Assembly: GCA_951406725.2 (NCBI GenBank)
Contig: OX597827.1
Coordinates: forward strand, 60,326,001 to 60,390,000
Source: Octopus vulgaris
Taxonomy: Eukaryota
Direction of reading: 5' to 3'
Length of the DNA stretch: 64,000 bases
Shown here: piece after piece, positions 54,070 to 64,000 of the stretch
How positions within the stretch are numbered: position 1 is the stretch's first letter
Layout of the letters: every line of letters begins with the position of its first letter
The notes under the pieces: model-generated
What the model was told of the DNA's origin: nothing
Databases searched by the model: none
Seen by the model: the letters and a program-made list of their open reading frames with translations, nothing else
Position numbers and translations under genes: made by a program

Positions 54070-54596
54070 TACTGTAAATCCTCGAGTATAGTCCGCCCTT
54101 GAGTATAATACGCAGGGAATTTTTAGGGGGCTGTACCTCTGAAAAACCTAAACCTTGTGTATAATACTCACCCCTTCTCTAACTTGAGTCAAGGAAGTCT
54201 ATATAACGTCCTTGGTTTTTAAAAATGTATACGGTAACGTCCTTTATTATTATTGTATATATAACATAATGCAAACGTGTAGCTTTTTTGTGCATTTTGT
54301 TTGCAGAAAATAAAGAAATAACAGTAATAACAGTAAAAACGTTTAATAAATGTTACTTACTGCAAGTTATGGATGATTCTTTTATGACTTCATTGCTTTC
54401 AGGCTTACCTTAAGGTATTTTCGCGCCCGACATCACAAAATGCATCTGAATAAACATTGCCGGACAGCAAATAGAGTCTCGGATATTGCTTAGAAAATAA
54501 TTTTCATTTTTAACTTCGTATATAGTACGCACTAGGGATTTTGGCCTTAAAATTTTGAGGAAAAAAAATGCGGATTATACTCGAGGACTTACAGTA
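54070..54596. mobile_element. pogo/Tigger-like MITE inserted into a family B SINE (54034-54750)
   Basis: TA-CTGTAAATCCTCGAGTATAGTCCGC / GCGGATTATACTCGAGGACTTACAG-TA; SINE head GCGAGCTGGCAGAA lies before it and TTCTGAGTTCAAAT..CCTTTCGG..TCGATAAAATAAG after it. Confidence 0.85.
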
Positions 54597-55971
54597 CATT
54601 CTGAGTTCAAATCCCACTGAGGTCGGCTTTATCTTTCGTCCTTTCGGAATCGATAAAATAAGCACCTGTTGAGCACTGGGGTCAATGTAATCGACTTAAC
54701 CCCTCCTCTTCTCCCCGAAATTGCTAGCCTTGTGCCAAAATATGAAACCAATCGAGAGAAATTTGAAGAACTTCAAGTGACTGAAAAAAAATTCGACAAG
54801 ATCCAAAATTTCTTCGGGTTCTTATGATATCAACAACAGAAATTACTATTTTACACCACAACTAACCCGTCCCCCACCAAAATTTAAAGTTTTTTTGTTT
54901 TTTTAATATTATTAATATTGCGTTCAAAAATAAGGATATTGCGATTCTGAGAGAACTTTTTGATGTAATAATTTGCCACTTTCATTTTTGTGATCAAAAA
55001 CCGTTAAGAATGCTGATACTGTTATTATATCTTAGATAATGCTAAAAGCCTGGAATAGTCAAGGCTCAAGTCCCTTTCGGGTATGGTTTTCCTCGATCAG
55101 AACTAATCTCAGATTAAACAACAACAACATCTGACGTCGTTCTGTAGAAGTTATCGAGCGGTTACGTCTATGAAGGGAGACCACTCCTGTACACAGACAA
55201 AATGTGAGGCGGTTTATTATTTTGGCTTTGATGGAACTCAATTAAGATTACTACAACATCGCAACTAGATTTGGTGGTTTCTTTTCACGAAATACAGGTT
55301 AGGTTTTGCTTTATAAAATAACTTAAATATATCATTGTGTAACATAGAAAGAAATGCTTCACTGCTTTCTTTCAGTAGAACTTTTGATACCTATTGATTC
55401 TACTAAGGTGGACTTTCGGATTAAGGATTAGCCTTTTCAATTTCTTTGAGTTTCTTTTTTATGAATCTATGCAAATTTTATTTTGAGCACAATTCTTTTA
55501 TACAGAAAAAAAAGTTGTAAATAGTAACTCCACGATTTTGATTGCAAATTCTTGGCGTATCTTTTTTTTTTTTTTTTTCGCTTTGCTTTCAATGTTATTC
55601 CTGCGACAATAGAGAAATTTAAATTAGAAATTAACACTATATCTTTTAATGACTGTTTATTTCTGCGATATAAATCATATTTTGCTTTTGTAAGCGAAAT
55701 TAATGTTTGTTTTCTTTTCTCCTTAAGTTAATGAAAGAATTACAAGGGACGTAACTCTTCATAAGACGTTTAGCCCCAAGCCTTCCTTGATCAAGCATTC
55801 CTCTGATTTAAAGCTTTCTAATCTAATAATTTCATTGTATATCAGGGATACGTTGCCCAATATATTTTTCTAGTTGTTCCAATGATCGCATAGAGTCTCT
55901 CACGTTGGTTTACCATCTCCGTAAGCACAACTCATTGAATACTGGGAGTCCATCATGCGAAACTTCTATGG

Positions 55972-56195
55972 TTTAAGGGGCGGTAGGTTGGTAGAATCGC
56001 TTAAATTATCGGAATAGCTGCTTTACGATATTTCTTCCCACCGTTTACGTTCTGAGTTCAGATTACACCGTGATCAACTTTGCTTTTCGTCTTTTCCGGG
56101 TCGATAAAATAAAGTACCAATCAAATACTTGAGTTTGTTATGATATCGGCTAAGACTCCACCCCTTAAAATTACTGGCATGTTCCTAAATTAGTA
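55972..56195 (+). mobile_element. SINE family B, diverged
   Basis: GGCGGTAGGTTGGTAGAATCG..TTTACGTTCTGAGTTCAG..CTTTGCTTTTCGTCTTTTCCGGGTCGATAAAATAAAGTACC. Confidence 0.75.
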
Positions 56196-56944
56196 ACAAT
56201 TATTAATGCAGTGTATTCTTTGAATATATAAACTTTTAATTATGACGATGTGGAATTGGCGAGGAATATAGCCTAAGTTTCAGTTCTGCGCTTTTGTCGA
56301 ACGATAGGAAATAGCTCTGTTAAATTACCTAGTACTTATCGTCGATATACAATAAGCTTTGTTACGTCAACTTGTAGGTTTTAGCTTATATTTACTGTGT
56401 ATATAGTTCTTTATTAACTAGCAATTCTGAGCTTAAATGCTATCATAGCTATAGCTTTAATTTAACTTGCTCTTCTTAGCTTATATTTTATAACGGCTAT
56501 CAGAATTCCAGAACAAACGTTCTCGTCGAGCGACTCCTGTAAGAAATTTTCTACGGATTGCGCTAAAGCTATTTTCCGTCTTCAGAAATTAATTAACGAT
56601 CTCATGTTCCTAAACTTCTCTATTGCATTGATAATTTGAGAAATAATTGAACGGTTTGATACAGACACAAAATAATAATCAGTGATACGGCTTTGTTTGG
56701 TTAGCGAACTGTTTAGGGTATATAGTGAATGTGGCTTTGTTAACTACAAGTTCTTAGCTTTTCTTGGATGGCTAACTAACAGTTCTTAGTTTGAAGTATG
56801 TTATGGTGTGCATAACTTTAGCAGTTTTGAATGTAAATTTGATCATAGATAATAGGGTTCGTGAGTTTACTATCAATTCTGCGCCTAAATTCTAATCAAA
56901 GATTTGTTACATTACCTAGCAAGCAGACTAAATTTGAATCTTCA

Positions 56945-57450
56945 GGAATGGATGGGTGGTTAAGGAATTCTCTTTGCAACCATGTGGCTTCAAGTTCAGT
57001 TCCAATACATGGCATCTTGGACGAACGTCTTCTATAACTCCAGATGGAAACTTTAATGAAGCTCTTACATATATATGTGTGTGTGTTGTGTTTGTCCCCC
57101 ACTGCCCTTTGACCACCAGTGTTTTGTTTTATGTCCCTGTAACCCTCTCTTTCGGAGAGGCACTGAGCAGCTATACACACACGGCAGCAACTTCCGCCTA
57201 CCAAATTCAATCACAAAGCCTCGGTGGGCTCGGGGCTATAGCAGAAGACACCTGCCCAAAGTGCCACGCAGTGGGACTGAACCCGAAACCATATAGCTAG
57301 GATGCAAGCTCCCTCAATAAAAGAGACCAACAGAATAACTACCAGATTTTAACAAATGAGTACTGGGATCAATTCGTTTGAGTAAAACCTTTCAAGGCAG
57401 TGCCCCAGCATGGCCACAGTCCAATGACTGAAACAACTAAAAGAAATAAG
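56945..57450. mobile_element. Nested family A SINE pieces in both orientations
   Basis: Plus-strand head/body 56945-57160 and tail 57320-57450, interrupted by a minus-strand piece ~57180-57310. Confidence 0.6.
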
Positions 57451-57699
57451 AAGTTGTTATTATTATTATTATTATTATTCAAGATTTCTAATTTTCTTGA
57501 TGCCAAACATTTTTGATTTAATAGTTGCGTTCATTGTATAGCATCACAATAAAAATAAAGAATTTTTTCCTCGCTCTCTTCCTCTCCCAAGGTATTTTAG
57601 AATTGCAGATTTTGATCATGTTACATACCCCTTTTAAGTTTTAAAAAATTCAACTTCTTTTTATTACATAAAATTTTGCCATTTTCCTCACCACAATGA

Positions 57700-58047
57700 T
57701 CAACTCCTTATGAGTGAATTTGGTAAATTTGGAAACTGTCCAAAGCCCATCATGTGTATGTTCATAGATTTGGTAAATGAAAAGTGAAAGATATCCATCG
57801 TGTATAATTGTGTGAGTGTTTGTTTGTGTCTCCTTGTCTTGACATCACATGATTGTTGTCCAAGCAGTGTCATCCATTTCCAATATTCTCCAAAAACATG
57901 TCTGGCCACGGAGAAATATTATTTTGCTTGGAAACAGGTAAGAGTTGGCAACAGAAAGGGCATCCAGCCCTAGGATATCTACTTCAATAAATTTCATCCA
58001 ATAAACTCATGCAGGCATGAAAAAGTGAGCATTAAAACAATGAAGGT
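57700..58047 (+). mobile_element. SINE-like element with an alternative tail
   Basis: Family A-like body (GATTTGGTAAATGAAAAGTGAAAG) followed by GTTGGCAACAGAAAGGGCATCCAGCC. Confidence 0.5.
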
Positions 58048-58250
58048 ATATGTATTATCATCATCATCATAGGCACAGGTGTGGCCGTGTGGTAAGTAGC
58101 TTGCTTACCAACCACATGGTTCCAGGTTCAGTCCCACTGTGTGGCACCTTGGGCAAGTATCTTCTACTATAGCCTCAGGCCAACCAAAGCCTTGTAAGTA
58201 GATTTGGTAGACAGAAACTGAAAGAAGCCTGTTGTATATATATATGTATA

Positions 58251-59892
58251 CTAGCAGTATCGCCCGGCATTGCTCGGGTTTGTTTTGACCCGCTGGAATT
58301 GGAATTTTGAAAAGTAAAAATTTTGTGAACATTTTTCTGGTCGAAATACACCGAAAAGTGGCGACACAGCAGTGAAAAAATCGTAAAAAATAGGGATTTT
58401 CATAGAAAAAAGCATCTTTTTGATGTAAATAATTTTTGGTGTTAACATGGTCCGATTTGAATTTTATGTTCTACGGAAGGAAGAGCAACCCTTCTTCTAC
58501 CATACTCTCAATTTTGGTCAACTTGCACCGCAGGGTCTCAGAGGAGATAGTGTTAGTTGAAAGTTACCATTCTAGGTGCCTGAGTAACAACCTCGCGGAT
58601 TTACAGATAAATGAATTAATTACTATTTTACAGAATAAAATTAAATAATTCTTGAAAATTAATTAATATTAATATTTTTTGAACAAAGTAAATAATTTTT
58701 AAAACTTAAATAATAATTTTTTTTTACACAAACGCGAACGGGGAAAAGGGGGTGGCAAATTCGATTTACATACTTAAATTTTTTTCTTTTTCATGACATT
58801 GTAGCAAAATAGTAGTGAATTATATAAATACCAGCAGTACATTTTTTTTTCTGGGGTATTTTTTTTCAACCTCGTCACATATTTGCCCCTTTCAATTTAA
58901 ACAAAGTCTTAATTAAGCAATTACGGCAGCTTAGCAATGGTTTCAATACAGGCGTGACATCTGTATCTCAATTGTTCAAAACCCTTCGAATTTTTTCGCA
59001 CGTGATGATATCATAGTGAAAACTTTCAATTACGCGCGCTTAGAAGTACGCTCACAAATTAATACTACCAAAATTTTGAAGTTCGCGCTCCGCTTATGTG
59101 TGTGCGTGCTTTAGGTGTACGTAGGTATGTGTTTTTGTGTGTGTGTGTCACTGAAGCCATACATACATAACCTCTCTCTCTCTTTCTCTCTCAGTCACTC
59201 ACTACAAAAAGTGAATAAAAAAAGTTCAGTTATTTCTGTCTTTCACTCTGTCTGTCTCTTTACACACACTAACAAAAGCACTTCACTTACACACCACACT
59301 TTCTGTGTCGCACAACCCATCAAACACACACACACACACACTCACGCACGCACACATGTACATCAATGCTTTCGGAGTGAAATCTTAAAATATTGAGTTT
59401 TCTCGAATTTTGTCTTAATTGGGGGTGAAATTGAAAGAAATATATTATGGCATGACCGAATGGAGTACTTTGAAAAATCTTAGGTAAACTCTAATTGAAG
59501 AAATTGTGTGAGGAGTAAATCGTTATGTATTTATTTGTTTCTGTTTGCTGTGTTTTTTTATTTTTTGAGTAGTGGTTTAAATACTTTCAGTTTAGTCTTC
59601 CTCAAATCACTCTGTCGCTATTTACTTTCATTTTATTCGTTGCACACTGTGTGTGTGCGTGTGCGTGTGGTGTAAACCACATTAAGAAAAGCATTTGACA
59701 TACACACCAGAATGTGAGTTTTCTGTAAATTTTGCTTAATTGGAGTTTAAATTTTAAAAACTGGACCTGGCATGACCCGATGCATTCTACTCTTAAAAAT
59801 GCTAGGTAAATTGTAATTGAAGAAATCCTATATTGTAGATTTCTATAAGTTACAAAGGGAGGCAGATAAAATCTGCCTTTTATAATAAGAGA
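58251..59892 (-). mobile_element. Non-autonomous Helitron inserted in the microsatellite of a family A SINE (halves 58071-58250 and 59893-59990)
   Basis: Minus strand begins A|TCTCTTATTATAAAAGGCAG and ends CCCGAGCAATGCCGGG (hairpin) CGATACTG CTAG|T: 5'-TC, 3'-hairpin plus CTAG, A/T insertion site, no TSD. Confidence 0.82.
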
Positions 59893-59991
59893 TATGCATG
59901 TGTGTGTGTGTCCCCAGCATTGCTTGACAACCGATGCTGGTGTGTTTACGTCCCTGTAACTTAGCGGTTCAGCAAAAGAGATCAATAGAAA

Positions 59992-60417
59992 TTAACTTTT
60001 GTACAAAAGTTGGTTTAATCGCTCTTCATCGAACTCAACTGGACGGCCAGAACGAGGTGCATCTTTGAGGTCAAAATTTCCATTTTTGAACTTGGCATAC
60101 CAATCATGAGTGATTCTTTCAGCTATGGCAATCTCTCCATACACAGCACAAATGTCGCAAGCAGCTTTTGCGGCCTTAGAACATTGATTAAAAGCAAAAA
60201 AAGGGTGTCGAAAATGCTCATATTTCTTAACTTGACATTCCATTTTAATGATCTGGAAATAAACAAAAATTAACTAAAATTAACTAGAAAAAAAAACAAA
60301 ATAGATTCCAAAATGATTCAAATATAGAATTCTCGAAAAAAATAGATTCCAAAATTTAAAAACGCAATAAATTCCAAAATTTAAAAAAACTGTGGTAACT
60401 TAGTTGCCAACCCAATA
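59992..60417 (-). mobile_element. Mariner 5' fragment (mellifera-like) with TIR
   Basis: EHFRH..KAACDICAVYGE..WYAKFKNGNFDLKDAPRSGRPVEFDEERL; TIR TATTGGGTTGGCAACTAAGTTAC. Confidence 0.85.
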
Positions 60418-60419
60418 TT

Positions 60420-61625
60420 ATAGGCACAAGGCTTCAAATTTGGTGGGGAGATAGCTAGTTGATTACAACAACCCCAATACTTAACTGGTACTTAGTTCAT
60501 CAACCCCCATCAAAAGATGAAAGGTAAAAGGAATCTTGGCAGAATTTTAATTTGAATCATAAGGAGCAAGAAATACTGCTAAGAATTATGTCCAACATGC
60601 TAACAATACTTATTTCTTTATTACCCACAGGGGGCTAAATATAGAGGGGACAAACAAGGACAGACATAGGTATTAAGTCGATTATATCGACCCCAGTGCG
60701 TAACTGGTACTTAATTTATCGACCCCGAAAGGATGAAAGGCAAAGTCGACCTCGGCGGAATTTGAACTCAGAATGTAACGACAGACGAAATACGGCTACG
60801 CATTTCGCCCGGCGTACTAACGTTTCTGCCAGCTCGCCACCTTCTAACAATACTAACATGCTAACAATACTGCCTGCTCACTGCCTTAATTATAACAATA
60901 ATCCTTTCTACTATAAGCACAAGGCCTGAGATCTGGTGAGGTGATGGAGGGCACTTACTCACATCAACTCCAGTGCTCAACTGGTACTTCTACTGTCAAC
61001 AACCCTGAAAGGATGAAAGGCAAAGATAATTTCAAGAGATGGGATAAGTTGATAAGATTGACCCCAGTTCTCAACTGGTACTTATTTTATCGACCCCCAA
61101 GAGGATGAAATGCAAAGTCAACCCCCAGCAACATTTGAACTCAGATCCTAAAGACGGATGAAATGCTGTTAAGCATTTTGCCCAGCATGCTAATGATTCT
61201 GCCAGCTCACTGCCTTCATAATGATAATCTTTTCAACTCTAGGCACAAGGCCCAAAAATTCTTGGGAGTTGGGGGTGAGGATGAGGGGGGAGGGGCAGAT
61301 GATTAGATAGACACCAATACGCAACTGGTACTTAATTTATCAACTCCAAAATGATAGAAGGCAAAGTCGACCTTGGCAGAATTTGAACTCAGAATGTAAA
61401 GACAGATGAAATACAATTAAGTATTTCGCCCAGTGTGCTAATGTTTCTGCCTGCTTTCCGCTTTCTACTTTCATAATAATAATTGTGGTTTATAACTTTA
61501 GCACTAAGCTACATATTTTGAATGAAGATAATAGTCAATAAATTAACCTTAGTATATTACTAGTATTTATTTTATTGAATCAATGACTGGCAAAGTCAAT
61601 CCAAGTGAGATTTGAACTTCATGTT
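60420..61625 (-). mobile_element. Tandem cluster of ~6 family B SINE copies or fragments
   Basis: Repeated AGGCACAAGG..AACTGGTACTT..GATGAAAGGCAAAGTC..TTTGAACTCAG units at about 60420, 60610, 60905, 61045, 61235 and 61495, separated by short TAA-like runs. Confidence 0.8.
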
Positions 61626-62018
61626 TATGGTAATAATAACAATAACCTTTCCGTTTCTTGTGTTTTATCATGTTTAAGAAAATCTTATTATATTTTTCAG
61701 CCACTCGTTTTGTCAGGAAGGCGGAGAAAAATTACAACAGAAGCTTCATCTGTTCTTTTACATCACTTAATTCACCTGAGTCAAGAAATACTATAAATAA
61801 CAGAAGACATTTGTAAATATTGCTCTGTTCTTATATTTAAACTCAGCAGTTATAGAGAAAGAGTGTTATTGATTTATGCAATGATCATTTATTTACTAAT
61901 ACATTCAAGAAAAATCTTTAAGTGTTGATATTTGCAGTTGTTTACAATCTTTCCTGAAAATGACAATTCTTCTCTGTCAAATATTGTGCCGACAATAAAG
62001 GTTAATATCACTGACAAA

Positions 62019-63512
62019 ATGTCTAAACAGAAAGAGTCGCAGAATAAAGAAGTTTCCCTCGTTCGTGAAGTTTGTGGGGAAACATCCCCTTCAAAAGACA
62101 TGTTTATTAAACATGGAGAGATGCACAAAACACAGAAAGGTAGTAACAACAAAAATTCTTGTGAACCTGTTTCAACATTCTCTACACTTTTACCTCAATA
62201 CATTAAACGTGGAGAGATAAGTAAAACAGAGAAAGGTAGTATGAAGGATATTTCTGAATCTGTTTCAACATTGACTTCACTTTTACCTCAATACAGTAAA
62301 CATGGAGGGATGCACAAAATAGAAAAAGGTAATAATAACAATAATTCTTGTGAATCTGTTTCAACAACGCCTTCACTTTTACCTCAATACAGTAAACATG
62401 GAGAGAGAAATAAAACAGAGAAAGGTAGTATCAAGGATATTTCTGATTCTATTTCAACATTGACTTCACTTTTACCTCAATATATTAAACATGGAGAGCT
62501 AAACAAAGGAGAAAAAGATGATAACAAAGATACTTCTGAATCTGTTTCAACACTGTCTTCACTTTTACCTCAATGCATTAAACCTGGAGAGACAAATAAG
62601 CCAGAGAAAGATGGTGACAAGGATATTTCTGAATCTGTTTCATCATTGTCTTCACTTTTACCTCCGTTCATTAAACATGGGGAGATAAACAAAGCAGAAA
62701 AAGATGGTAACAAGAACACTTCTTCAGGATCTGTTTCGACATTATCTTCAATTTTACCTCAATACACCTGTGATATTTGTGGGAAATCTTTTCCCGCTAA
62801 TAAGAAGTTAACTCGACACATACGAACACATTTTAGAGCAAAGATTTTTCAGTGTGATGTTTGTGGAAATTCATTCTCCCAAAAGAGTGATCGAGACCGA
62901 CACAAGAGGGTCCATTCTGGAGAAAGACCCTACCCTTGTGATGTATGTGGGAAATTCTTTTCCCGAAACAGCCATTTAAAAATCCACAAATTGACCCACT
63001 CAGGTATAAAACCTCATCGCTGTGAGACTTGTGGAAAATCGTTCTCACAGAATTGTGATCTGGAAAGACATATACGTGTACACACAGGAGAGAGACCATT
63101 TAAATGTGATACTTGTGAAAAAAGATTCTCTCAAATTAACGAACTAGGAAGACATAAACGGATACATACAGGAGAAAAGCCATATTCGTGTGAATTTTGT
63201 GAGAAAACCTTTTCTTTAAATTGCATTTTAGTAAGACACAGACGAATTCATACTGGAGAAAAGCCCTATGTTTGTGAATTTTGTAAGAAATCGTTTTCCC
63301 AAAATAGCATTCTTGTAAAACATTTGCGAATGCACAATGGTGGGAAACCTTATCAATGTAAGATTTGTGGTGAGGCATTCACAACAAAACGCCTTTTATC
63401 TGACCACACAAGAACACATACTGCAGATGGTCCTTATCCCTGTCAACTTTGTGGCGAAATCTTTTCTCAATATACAGATATAGTAAAGCATTTAGCAATA
63501 CACACTGGCTGA
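62019..63512 (+). CDS. C2H2 zinc-finger protein (9 fingers, ~497 aa) with a 7x 31-32 aa N-terminal tandem repeat
   Basis: Uninterrupted frame 61932-63512; first in-frame ATG at 62019 (AAAATG context); nine C-X2-C-X12-H-X3-H fingers with TGEKP/SGERP-type linkers; candidate acceptors TTTTTCAG (61700) and TTTGCAG (61937), so an upstream exon is possible. Confidence 0.9.
   Translation: MSKQKESQNKEVSLVREVCGETSPSKDMFIKHGEMHKTQKGSNNKNSCEPVSTFSTLLPQYIKRGEISKTEKGSMKDISESVSTLTSLLPQYSKHGGMHKIEKGNNNNNSCESVSTTPSLLPQYSKHGERNKTEKGSIKDISDSISTLTSLLPQYIKHGELNKGEKDDNKDTSESVSTLSSLLPQCIKPGETNKPEKDGDKDISESVSSLSSLLPPFIKHGEINKAEKDGNKNTSSGSVSTLSSILPQYTCDICGKSFPANKKLTRHIRTHFRAKIFQCDVCGNSFSQKSDRDRHKRVHSGERPYPCDVCGKFFSRNSHLKIHKLTHSGIKPHRCETCGKSFSQNCDLERHIRVHTGERPFKCDTCEKRFSQINELGRHKRIHTGEKPYSCEFCEKTFSLNCILVRHRRIHTGEKPYVCEFCKKSFSQNSILVKHLRMHNGGKPYQCKICGEAFTTKRLLSDHTRTHTADGPYPCQLCGEIFSQYTDIVKHLAIHTG
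62103..62762 (+). repeat. Coding minisatellite, 7 units of 93/96 bp
   Basis: Units [F/Y]IKHGExxKxEKxxxKxxSESVSTLxSLLPQ of 32,31,32,31,31,31,32 aa. Confidence 0.92.
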
Positions 63513-63710
63513 GGAACGTATTGTCATGAGGTTTACAAGCAGAGGATTTGATGAAGTAAAGAACTTTTCTTGGCATACAAAAATACATGCAATCAAAAGA
63601 ATTTAAACTTTTAATTTTGTGTGTGAGGACATATATTGGATATAAATTGATTGATTTGGACACAAATACATAAGGGATAAACTTTTCTGTCTGAGTAAGA
63701 TATTTCTTTT

Positions 63711-63871
63711 TTCTCCTGTCCATTGCTTGATGAGGTCACCCAATTAAATTGTTCTTCTAATAGATGGTCACTTTGAAGTTCTAAAGAAGCAAACATAAGG
63801 CAAAACATTCAAGAATGACACAGTAATTCTCCTGTCCATTGCTTGATGAGGTCACCCAATTAAATTGTTCT
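63711..63871 (+). repeat. 45-bp perfect direct repeat in the putative 3' UTR
   Basis: TTCTCCTGTCCATTGCTTGATGAGGTCACCCAATTAAATTGTTCT at 63711-63755 and 63827-63871. Confidence 0.9.
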
Positions 63872-64000
63872 ACAGTAACTTTGATATTTTATAAGAAAAG
63901 TAAATAATACATTTACTGATATGCATTAAACACAGTTATGCTGGAATTAAATAAATAACGAGTCACACAAAGCAACATTGAATAAAATATAATTGTACTC

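Noticed and set aside
62833-63723. Minus-strand ORFs over the ZNF
   Set aside because: Antisense shadows of the zinc-finger coding sequence

Overview
AT-rich, extremely repeat-dense eukaryotic genomic DNA. The SINE families, the microsatellite load and a single-exon C2H2 zinc-finger gene suggest a cephalopod, probably Octopus (inference, not verified). Only one credible host gene is present: a 9-finger C2H2 ZNF at ~62.0-63.5 kb with an unusual 7x 31-32 aa N-terminal tandem repeat. The rest is microsatellites (the source of most ORFs in the track) and transposon debris: tRNA-derived SINEs, two R4/Dong-type LINEs in TAA-type repeats, RTE and L1/Tx1 remnants, a Penelope-like GIY-YIG remnant, mariner/Tc1 elements and MITEs, a Chapaev3-like element with a TAA target-site duplication, a Buster/Charlie hAT remnant, a gypsy integrase fragment and a non-autonomous Helitron. 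The most striking hidden signal is a set of about a dozen minimal type-I hammerhead ribozyme (HHR) motifs from several unrelated sequence families. They mostly lie next to (TA)n tracts and several occur as inverted (foldback) pairs. A few keep an intact catalytic core (30411-30514 on both strands, 46556-46598, 15405-15506). All calls were made by eye; coordinates of degenerate elements are approximate.
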